Shown here one piece after another: positions 18,391 to 26,019 of a DNA stretch of 64,000 bases. The first letter of the stretch is position 1. Each line of letters begins with the position of its first letter. A program made the translations under genes and the position numbers. The stretch comes from a virus (Duplodnaviria; Heunggongvirae; Uroviricota; Caudoviricetes). Below the pieces are notes generated by a model, which ran no database searches, had not been told where the DNA came from, and was given only the letters and a program-made list of their open reading frames with translations. The DNA is taken from the IMG/VR virus record IMGVR_UViG_2974506819_000001, positions 162,789-226,788 of that record. One strand, written 5' to 3'.

Positions 18391-19281
18391 ATGGCTATTC
18401 TGATTAAATTCAACAACCCCAATGCTGATGACATTACCCTGAATGTCTATCGAGCAGATGCTGAAATGGACCGCAGCAAACTTCCGGCTCCGCTGGCTAC
18501 CTTAACCGGTCGCCCAACTGAGTTCCTGGACAAAACTGCTGTGCAGGGCAAAACCTACTTCTATATCTTCGAAGCTATCGGTAACAACGACCGTGACATC
18601 TCTCGCAACATTAAACTGATTGCAGCAGAAACACGCGGTCCAGGCAACAACATTCTGAAAGAAGGCACTCGTGAGCTAGGCCACTATGACGTGATGCCGG
18701 CGTCTGACCTGCTGGATTACCAACAGCTGTTTGCTAAGATGGGTAACCCTGCTGGCTTTACAGCGAGTAACTTCACGAACTGGGTTAAGTTTGCACGCAA
18801 AGGGAAAGTCTTCTTTGTGCCTTCATCACCTATTGGGGTAGCTATGCCTCAGGCAATGAAAGATGCCGGCTTTATGGGTGACGGTAAGATTATTGAACAG
18901 AACGGGTTCAAATACCGTGTTCGTTTAGCACGCGGTTGCAGTGAAACCGATGCCGAAGCGACGACGTTCCTGGCGGATAAAGTCGCGTTGACTAACTACG
19001 ACATGGATACATTTGATATCAGTTGTGAATTCAACGATCTGGTGTACCCGCTGTTAAACGTTACGCCGTTAAAACAACGGTTGTCAAATAAACTCAATGG
19101 CAGCATCAAAACGATAACAGGTAGTCGCTTTGTTCCTGTAAAGGAAGCATTGGCTGATTCGTCTCCGGTGTCCCGTACCTATTACGACGCAACCGATCGT
19201 ACCCAGGCGACGTGTCTTCGTGCTATTGCTCTTAACGTGGCTTGTGCGTTCTGGCCGGTATTAGAACTGATTGAGGGCTAA
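18391..19281 (+). CDS. Virion adhesin-like paralog, subtype a
   Basis: Motif-for-motif match to 13895..14791. Confidence 0.75.
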   Translation: MAILIKFNNPNADDITLNVYRADAEMDRSKLPAPLATLTGRPTEFLDKTAVQGKTYFYIFEAIGNNDRDISRNIKLIAAETRGPGNNILKEGTRELGHYDVMPASDLLDYQQLFAKMGNPAGFTASNFTNWVKFARKGKVFFVPSSPIGVAMPQAMKDAGFMGDGKIIEQNGFKYRVRLARGCSETDAEATTFLADKVALTNYDMDTFDISCEFNDLVYPLLNVTPLKQRLSNKLNGSIKTITGSRFVPVKEALADSSPVSRTYYDATDRTQATCLRAIALNVACAFWPVLELIEG

Positions 19282-19283
19282 TT

Positions 19284-20249
19284 ATGGCAGTCATTATTAG
19301 TTGGAAGCCCATAGCCAACGCCGACAAGATTCGCGTGTATCAATCAACTACTCCGTTCACGTTTGCAGACATTGCCGGGAACCCCGCTATTACCATGGTA
19401 GAAGTGCCCGGGACTGATGTTAGCAAAGCTGTGACCATCCCACGTAATAACGTGCACTGGTTCGCGTTGTCAGCGGTTGATGCAGACGGTCTGGAGTTGT
19501 TCTGTGAAGTGTTCCCAATGGGTAACTTCCCTAACACCGGACCTGGGCCGGATACCATTCTTCGTGGTAACTGGGATTTCGGTTTGTTTGGTGAGCTTTC
19601 TACCGAACAGCTGTTTACTAATGCTGAACTAGGTGCAGGAATTGTTGCAGCAGGTGCGACCGTTGATAACGTTACCAGCGGCAACCGTATCACCAAGTGG
19701 TTTAAGTGTATCGTTAACGGGAAGATTCTGTTTATCCCAAATAACTACGTTTATCTCATGCCTGAAGGTGGCGATAAACCGACCCTGTTAGCCCAGCGTA
19801 AGTTGAGCATGACCGCCGGGTTTCCGGGTGCAGCTGTTCTAAGCAAGAACGGCAATGATTTCATGTATCGTTTACCGTCCTATACCCGAAGTGTGCCTGC
19901 TGGGCAAATCACGCAGCCAGCCTCTGACGATATCTTGAGTTCTGAAGCCGGGATGATTGCGGCATTAGAAACAGGGGCATTGAAAATTGGGCGAAACAGC
20001 GTGGGGGTTGGGCGCACTCCGTATAACGTGTGGGATAACCTCGGTGATATGGTCTTGGGTTCAACTGGTAACACCCCGCTGGCAACGGCGAACTATTATT
20101 CAGTAAGTTCGAACATGCAATGGGGTGTGCACTGCATGATTCCTCGTGATGGGTCGTACATGACCTACGGGATTCAGCAGTGGTTCCAGAACAGTAGCGT
20201 CTCCTACGGTAACTTCTACGTCATGCCGATTCTTGAATTGGTCTTCTAA
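19284..20249 (+). CDS. Virion adhesin-like paralog, subtype b
   Basis: Motif-for-motif match to 14796..15728. Confidence 0.75.
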   Translation: MAVIISWKPIANADKIRVYQSTTPFTFADIAGNPAITMVEVPGTDVSKAVTIPRNNVHWFALSAVDADGLELFCEVFPMGNFPNTGPGPDTILRGNWDFGLFGELSTEQLFTNAELGAGIVAAGATVDNVTSGNRITKWFKCIVNGKILFIPNNYVYLMPEGGDKPTLLAQRKLSMTAGFPGAAVLSKNGNDFMYRLPSYTRSVPAGQITQPASDDILSSEAGMIAALETGALKIGRNSVGVGRTPYNVWDNLGDMVLGSTGNTPLATANYYSVSSNMQWGVHCMIPRDGSYMTYGIQQWFQNSSVSYGNFYVMPILELVF

Positions 20250-20258
20250 GGATATCCA

Positions 20259-21113
20259 ATGAGCATTACTATTAACTTTCGTAACCGCAACATTGATGCC
20301 CTGGATGAGATTCGTATTTACCGTACGGAGAACCGGGGTGTTGCACCAACCCTGATTGCGACCATTACCAACGACAAGGTCTTTTACAAGGACACAACAG
20401 CCCAGTACAACCAACTGTACTTCTATCAGACCGGTGCGGTGTATCAAGGTATCGAAAACCGCAGCGAACTGTTCCCGGCTATTGCGTTCCGTAATAATGA
20501 CAACGGTCCGGGTCCACAAAAGCTCATTCGCGGTAACTTTGAGTTTGGGCTGTTTGGTCCGGTGGACATGAACGACCTGCCGTCGTTTGATGCGGTGTCG
20601 GTATCAGCAGGCGTTACTCGTAACGTTACTGGTAACCCCACGGCGGCGCTGAAGTGGTGTATTAATGGTAAAATCATTTACACCTTTAATGCGGCGTTCC
20701 ACACGGGTATCTCCAAAGACAACCTGAAGAAGCTGTTCATTGCTGCAAACAAAGAGTCGGACTTCTTCAGTATCGACTTAGCGGGGAAAACCTTTAAGGT
20801 ACGTCCGCCGTTTGCCACTACGCTGCGTGGGGCCATCGTAGGGACCGGGGAAACCTATCCCCTGACGTGGTCAACGGATGTTCAGCAAAGTGAAGCAGGC
20901 GCGATTATGCGCAGCTATTTGGGGTCTGCTGCTGTCAAGGCCGGCGATCGGATGTATGACCTGGCTCCGTTACCGGCGGGTGGTTTCTGGACTAACACCT
21001 ACTACGATCTGAACACGTACTACATGTTCTATCTGGACGGCAACACAAGCGCTTATCGTGCATCCTCTGGTACGGGTCCTTTCTATCCGGTGTATGAGTT
21101 GATGCTTGATTAA
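20259..21113 (+). CDS. Virion adhesin-like paralog, subtype c
   Basis: Motif match to 15739..16599. Confidence 0.75.
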   Translation: MSITINFRNRNIDALDEIRIYRTENRGVAPTLIATITNDKVFYKDTTAQYNQLYFYQTGAVYQGIENRSELFPAIAFRNNDNGPGPQKLIRGNFEFGLFGPVDMNDLPSFDAVSVSAGVTRNVTGNPTAALKWCINGKIIYTFNAAFHTGISKDNLKKLFIAANKESDFFSIDLAGKTFKVRPPFATTLRGAIVGTGETYPLTWSTDVQQSEAGAIMRSYLGSAAVKAGDRMYDLAPLPAGGFWTNTYYDLNTYYMFYLDGNTSAYRASSGTGPFYPVYELMLD

Positions 21114-21128
21114 TAAACTGGAGACTTA

Positions 21129-21713
21129 ATGAAAATTCCAAACATGCAGTTGTTTTTGGACAGGTTCATTAGCGTTAACAGAGTCAGGTATCGGCAACAG
21201 CCGAGCGTTTTGGCTATCCTCGACACATTGACATTAAAGAACGTTATCTTCTCGAAGGTGCGTTCTGATATTGATGCGTTCGGGGAACTGGTGCGTACCG
21301 TGGACATGTATGTGCCAAAAGTCATGAAGGCCATGGACCAAAGTTGGTTACCTGCCTACTACACCACCCCGCGTATCACCAACATGGTGACCACCGATGT
21401 GCAGGATGAAAATGACCTCATCACGCTCGAGGTACCGGGGTTCTACTTTTACAAGGACCGTAACAGTAAAGTGCAGGGATGTGTGGTGGTGCCTGCCCAG
21501 ATTAATTCGGAAGACATTGCGGATTACGTCAAGGACATGGTGAAGAATGCAAATGCTTACCAAATCAATGACGACCAAATCTCGGTAGCCAGTAACTTCT
21601 CTGAAGTTATTGTAGACACCCCCGCCATCTACCAACGACTCAAGCTTGTCCTTTCTCTGCGTGATTTCTCATTTAATATCCCCGACACGGACTACGGGGA
21701 TTTGGGGGTCTGA
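21129..21713 (+). CDS. Short subtype-B paralog (N-domain only)
   Basis: QLFLDRFISVNRVRY N-terminus and IPDTDYGDL C-terminus. Confidence 0.7.
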   Translation: MKIPNMQLFLDRFISVNRVRYRQQPSVLAILDTLTLKNVIFSKVRSDIDAFGELVRTVDMYVPKVMKAMDQSWLPAYYTTPRITNMVTTDVQDENDLITLEVPGFYFYKDRNSKVQGCVVVPAQINSEDIADYVKDMVKNANAYQINDDQISVASNFSEVIVDTPAIYQRLKLVLSLRDFSFNIPDTDYGDLGV

Positions 21714-21753
21714 ATTTTATGGACCGATTATTATAACACCGAGGTAATTTATT

Positions 21754-22389
21754 ATGGGAATGCTTGACCAACGTCAGCTATTTCTGGATAAGTTCGTTGC
21801 GTATAACAAACAACGTTATGCCTCCGAACCTAACAAAGTTGCGGCGTTCGATAACTTATCGTTGAGCGACGTCCAGTTCGGTACCATCACCAAGACGGAA
21901 GATAACGGCGTCTACAAACGCTCTTACGACCACGTTAACTCAACGTCTCGTAACTTCACGTCTGACCCGCAGCGTTTCAATGCAGCTAACCTGGCCAGCC
22001 AGTGGGTAACCACAGCCAGCCAGATGGCGGACATTGCCGATGTGCGTGCCGCACCGCCGGGCATCTATTTCTACCTGGATGCTCTGAACAACAATGCCCG
22101 TACCCTGTGCGTGGTATATCCGTACGACTTCGATACCAGTGACGATGTCGCGTTCAAAGATCAAATCTTCACCATGATCAACGGCGCGTGTAAATATGCA
22201 CTGGACAAATCGATCTTCGATATCCAGCCGTGGACTCAGTCTGACCCGACGGACAAAATGACTTACGTTCAAGACGAAGTCATCGCGGGTTGGGTGCTGA
22301 CCATCAAAGGTACTCAGGATACGCTGGTTATTCCGGATACCGACTACGGCGATCTGATTAACGAACAAAACGGTGGCGTTGCGCCGTAA
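21754..22389 (+). CDS. Short subtype-B paralog
   Basis: RQLFLDKFVAYNKQRY N-terminus and IPDTDYGDL near the C-terminus. Preceded by AATTTTATGG (candidate late promoter, 21713-21722). Confidence 0.7.
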   Translation: MGMLDQRQLFLDKFVAYNKQRYASEPNKVAAFDNLSLSDVQFGTITKTEDNGVYKRSYDHVNSTSRNFTSDPQRFNAANLASQWVTTASQMADIADVRAAPPGIYFYLDALNNNARTLCVVYPYDFDTSDDVAFKDQIFTMINGACKYALDKSIFDIQPWTQSDPTDKMTYVQDEVIAGWVLTIKGTQDTLVIPDTDYGDLINEQNGGVAP

Positions 22390-22407
22390 TAACGTTTGTT
22401 ACTGACT

Positions 22408-22446
22408 AGGTTAACCCCGCGATGGGGTTAACCTTTTCTCTTTTCT
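22408..22446 (+). terminator. Intrinsic terminator
   Basis: 11-bp perfect stem AGGTTAACCCC/GGGGTTAACCT followed by TTTCTCTTTT. Confidence 0.75.
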
Positions 22447-22462
22447 GTTAAGGACATTTGAT

Positions 22463-23338
22463 ATGGACGCAAACCTGCAACTCTTCCTTGACAAGTTCAT
22501 TGAGGTGAATAAGCAGAAGTATGCTGATGAACCTGAAGTGCTTGCTCTTCTGGAAGGATTGACACTGGCGGATGTTGTTTTCGACAGCATCGAAATCGAT
22601 GAGAGTTTAGGCGAAGGCGGTCGTATTGCCAGCTTCCATTCTCCTTCCCGTAAATTCAATGCCCCGCAACAACAGTGGCTTTGTTCAACCCTCCAGGGTA
22701 AGAACGTCGTTACCTTTACTGATGCAAAAGTGTTTGATGACAAAGCATCGGTAAAAGCACTGACGGCACCAGGTATCTACCTGCACAAAGCAGGCGACGC
22801 CACAGCGGTATCGGTATTGACAGCTGAAGACGTTGCTGATGTTGACACTGCAACGCAAAACATTATTGCTGCCTTAACCGGTGCGGTAAATTATGAACTA
22901 AAGGTTGAAGACCTGTTGATTCCAACCTTTACCCTCGGAACAGATTTCGAAGGTCTGGTCAGTTCACACTGCATCGAAGACACGTTTAACGTGTACTTTA
23001 TCCCGAAAGCGGTAGCTCCGTCTGAACCGGGTGAAGGTGGTGAAATTGATCCAGGTACTGGGGGCGGTGAAACAGGCGGTGGTGAGACCGGTGGTGAACC
23101 TGAAGTGGATCCCAACGAACCGGTAATCACTCCAGAAATGGAAGCCGAAGATAAAGCCCTGGCCGACCCAACTGCCGGCGGCATTTATTCTGACGTAGGC
23201 GACAAAGGGTTTGGTGTATTAACTGTACCGCGTGAAATCTCTGAAGAGACAGCCAACATTGCTACCATCACTGGTATGACGTTTGGTCTGGTAGGCGCTG
23301 GTTCTCTGACGGTGGAGACTTTAAATGAAAACGCGTAA
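22463..23338 (+). CDS. Subtype-B paralog with a Gly/Glu-rich linker
   Basis: QLFLDKFIEVNKQKY N-terminus; PGEGGEIDPGTGGGETGGGETGGEP linker. Confidence 0.7.
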   Translation: MDANLQLFLDKFIEVNKQKYADEPEVLALLEGLTLADVVFDSIEIDESLGEGGRIASFHSPSRKFNAPQQQWLCSTLQGKNVVTFTDAKVFDDKASVKALTAPGIYLHKAGDATAVSVLTAEDVADVDTATQNIIAALTGAVNYELKVEDLLIPTFTLGTDFEGLVSSHCIEDTFNVYFIPKAVAPSEPGEGGEIDPGTGGGETGGGETGGEPEVDPNEPVITPEMEAEDKALADPTAGGIYSDVGDKGFGVLTVPREISEETANIATITGMTFGLVGAGSLTVETLNENA

Positions 23339-24674
23339 GCATATTAACGAAATCTTCCTGGAAGCCACGGCGGATTGGCTGCGTAAACAAGGCCGCGAAG
23401 CTGACGCGAAAATCATTGACGGTATCGACCCGGCCACGTTTGTCCGTAGCGGATACAAATCCAACAACATCTACGGCAGCAGCGGTAACCCGAACAAAGG
23501 TAACGGTGGCAAAGTCACCATTAACCAACTGGGGTACACGGCGCAGGTCACTAAACGTACCGGCGAAGTCATGAACGCCAGAAGTTTAACGCTCGCTGAC
23601 TTCATTGCCCAAATCCCACCGGAAATCCGTCCTAAGTTCATTGGTGACCTCGGTTCCAGTTCCAGTACCGTATGGGACCCGGCGTCTGTGGGGCTGAACG
23701 TAGCACGCCCTGGGTGTCGTTGCTTTGGCCAGATGGGTGCTAACGGTCAGGCATTCATTGTGATTGTGGGTTCTGATGAAGATGCCACTGATCCGGCTGT
23801 GATTGAGAAGTACCTGCCGTTTACGTTTGGGTTCACCAAATCAGATATCTATCCGGGCAGTGCTTACGGTGCGGAAACTTATTTCCGTAATAACACCAAC
23901 CTGTTTAACTCAACGTTCAGTGCCCTGGTGTGGAAATCTACCCAGCCAGCTCCTGAACAGAAACCGGTTAACCAGGACCTGCCGATTCTGACGTACTCAA
24001 CTCCGACCAACAAAGCACCGAGCGCACGTTATCGTTCCGTTCCGCCGTTGAACCTGACGGTTGACTGGGAAGTGCTGCGCGGTAAGTACACCTCGAAGGT
24101 CCATTATAACCAACTGTGGATTGACCTGGTTGAAGCGGCGCTGCGTAAAGCCGGTGATAACTACAACGCTGATCTGATTAAACGTATTAATCCGGAAACC
24201 TTTGTTCCGTTCCAGATTAAGAACGACACAGCGAACAAGAAGTACACCTACCTGGGCGCACAGTGCAGTACGTCGAAGCTGTATTTCGAAAGCATCACCT
24301 TCAACATCTATCAGGCTACAGCGGATTCTACCCGTATGTTCCTGGCAGACTTTGGTTGGGTGTATGCACCGGAAGCGGGTGTCACCTGGAATCTGTTGGC
24401 AAACCAAGCAGCAGCGAACGCCTATACCGGTACGGATATGGTGGGGGAGAATGAATACCATTACTTCTTCCAGCATGTACCGAAAGGCACGAAGCTGACC
24501 AAAGCGATGGTGTTGGATGCATTCCCGTTCCATGCAACCGGTGTGGATTACCTCTACCCGCTGTTCACGGACACCATGACCAAAGCCTCGGTCAACTTCT
24601 ACAACGAGCTGCAGGAGAACATGTGGACCGGTTCTTCTACTATCGGTGTTAACGTTATCGCTGATTTAGTGTAA
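23325..24674 (+). CDS. Probable virion protein with an internal duplication
   Basis: Two similar segments, HINEIFLE...IDGIDPATFV and HYNQLWID...IKRINPETFV. Overlaps the preceding stop codon. Confidence 0.65.
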   Translation: MKTRKHINEIFLEATADWLRKQGREADAKIIDGIDPATFVRSGYKSNNIYGSSGNPNKGNGGKVTINQLGYTAQVTKRTGEVMNARSLTLADFIAQIPPEIRPKFIGDLGSSSSTVWDPASVGLNVARPGCRCFGQMGANGQAFIVIVGSDEDATDPAVIEKYLPFTFGFTKSDIYPGSAYGAETYFRNNTNLFNSTFSALVWKSTQPAPEQKPVNQDLPILTYSTPTNKAPSARYRSVPPLNLTVDWEVLRGKYTSKVHYNQLWIDLVEAALRKAGDNYNADLIKRINPETFVPFQIKNDTANKKYTYLGAQCSTSKLYFESITFNIYQATADSTRMFLADFGWVYAPEAGVTWNLLANQAAANAYTGTDMVGENEYHYFFQHVPKGTKLTKAMVLDAFPFHATGVDYLYPLFTDTMTKASVNFYNELQENMWTGSSTIGVNVIADLV

Positions 24675-24679
24675 ACCCC

Positions 24680-24715
24680 TATCACTCCTGCCTCCGTAAG
24701 GGGGTGGGGGTGGTA
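24680..24715 (+). terminator. Terminator closing the tail/adhesin region
   Basis: 16-bp stem with 5 G.U pairs and a GUAA (GNRA) loop; pairs well only as plus-strand RNA. Confidence 0.7.
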
Positions 24716-24723
24716 TAACAATA

Positions 24724-24752
24724 ATTTTTCAGATCTACATTATTAATATGTA
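24724..24752 (+). promoter_or_regulatory. Putative early promoter
   Basis: ATTTTTCAGATCTACATTATTAATATGTA. Confidence 0.6.
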
Positions 24753-24797
24753 AGTTTAGCTGATATCTTTTTATGAGGTGTAAATGAGGTAACCATT

Positions 24798-25406
24798 ATG
24801 CCGCAAGTTGAATTTTTATACCGGGGAATTGTAAAGCTAAAAGGCAATACACTGCACTGGGATAATGTCCAGAACAGCATTTCTCCTAAACGAACCCCCA
24901 ACACTATACCGGTGCGCGTTACGTTAGAACACCCGCCTAATTACGTATCTGTTACGCGATTAGGACGAGACTGTGTGGGAATCCAAATTAGCGACGGCAT
25001 GCAAACCGTTATTACCTTTATCAAAGAAGGAGTAAAATCCCGCTGCACGATTAACCGCGGCATCCGTGACCCGCTTGAGGGGTGGAGAGAATTTCAAGTG
25101 GTGTTGCTGTCTGAACATTGTAAGGCCATAAACAAACTCTATAAGCCCATGAGCGGCTTTCTTAGTTTATTGATGTCTCAGTCACCTGAATTAAGAAAGT
25201 CCTTTAGAAGCTGGTTTAAGAGCGGAAATGAGGTATTTATCTTTGACTGCGAATTTTCTACACACCGTGACAAAGTTTATCACTTTCACGTTCTAATAGA
25301 GAACGAACGACACCCGGCCTTAATTGGGTTGCCGCTTCGTAGACTCTTTAAAAAGATTAAATCTATAAAAGATAAAGGGTTAACACATGAACCGTTGCAC
25401 AGTTAA
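24798..25406 (+). CDS. Hypothetical protein (putative early gene)
   Basis: 202-aa ORF with SD GAGGT, downstream of the early-promoter motif. No recognisable domain. Confidence 0.7.
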   Translation: MPQVEFLYRGIVKLKGNTLHWDNVQNSISPKRTPNTIPVRVTLEHPPNYVSVTRLGRDCVGIQISDGMQTVITFIKEGVKSRCTINRGIRDPLEGWREFQVVLLSEHCKAINKLYKPMSGFLSLLMSQSPELRKSFRSWFKSGNEVFIFDCEFSTHRDKVYHFHVLIENERHPALIGLPLRRLFKKIKSIKDKGLTHEPLHS

Positions 25407-25968
25407 TCACATTGTACTTCGTCCAGTTTCAGTACGTTCCATCACGCCTGTCTGTGGGGTTAGGACAGGGACCTTACGTTTCGAAATCAACAGCCAACAA
25501 GAGAGTGACGACAAACTCACATTTAGCTTTGATGAAGATGTTATCGGTGTTGAGCTTTTCACCTTTAAGAACACCGGTATGATTGTTATCTTTCGTAAAG
25601 AGACTATCGCCTGTTATTTATGCCACACGGACCATGTCACCATGAAACCGGTGGGAAAGCTGGAAACCTTTCCAGTGTTAGAACCCTATGACACACCCCG
25701 AGAAGTGTACAGCTGGTTGGTTGGCAACATCTTAACCGACACTGAGAAGAAACTGTGGTTCTTTCATCAAGGCAGTGGTATTCGTAGTAAGCTAGGTACC
25801 ATGCTGAACTTCATGATGATCAATGGTGACATCAAGCCTTTCACCGGCCCTTTTGGTGACAACACCCTGAGCTTTAAAGATCGGTTTGTACAAATTTCTA
25901 AACCGGACGGCCAAACGATTTATCAGTCCCGTGTGTCGTGTCTGCAAAAGACACTGCTGAAGAACTAA
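25387..25968 (+). CDS. Hypothetical protein
   Basis: 193-aa ORF overlapping the previous gene, SD AAGGG. Confidence 0.7.
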   Translation: MNRCTVNHIVLRPVSVRSITPVCGVRTGTLRFEINSQQESDDKLTFSFDEDVIGVELFTFKNTGMIVIFRKETIACYLCHTDHVTMKPVGKLETFPVLEPYDTPREVYSWLVGNILTDTEKKLWFFHQGSGIRSKLGTMLNFMMINGDIKPFTGPFGDNTLSFKDRFVQISKPDGQTIYQSRVSCLQKTLLKN

Positions 25969-25983
25969 TTGTCACGAGACAAC

Positions 25984-26009
25984 CCCTACCCGTCCTAGGA
26001 CGGGTAGGG
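25984..26009. terminator. Bidirectional terminator (perfect palindrome)
   Basis: CCCTACCCGTCCTAGGACGGGTAGGG between convergent genes. Confidence 0.75.
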
Positions 26010-26019
26010 TAGTTGTGAT

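Noticed and set aside
15704-19269. 16-nt identity GCCGGTATTAGAACTG at 15704-15719 and 19254-19269 as a recombination site
   Set aside because: It lies in the conserved PVLEL codons and can be explained by protein constraint plus codon bias.
11234-21113. Diversity-generating retroelement acting on the lectin-like paralogs
   Set aside because: No reverse transcriptase in the window and no near-identical template/variable repeat pair differing at adenines. A genome-wide search would be needed to exclude it fully.
23030-23110. GGT GAA-type tandem repeats
   Set aside because: They encode a Gly/Glu/Thr linker; not a CRISPR or non-coding repeat.
24700-24714. G-quadruplex
   Set aside because: Only two long G-runs, which are fully explained as the 3' arm of a hairpin.
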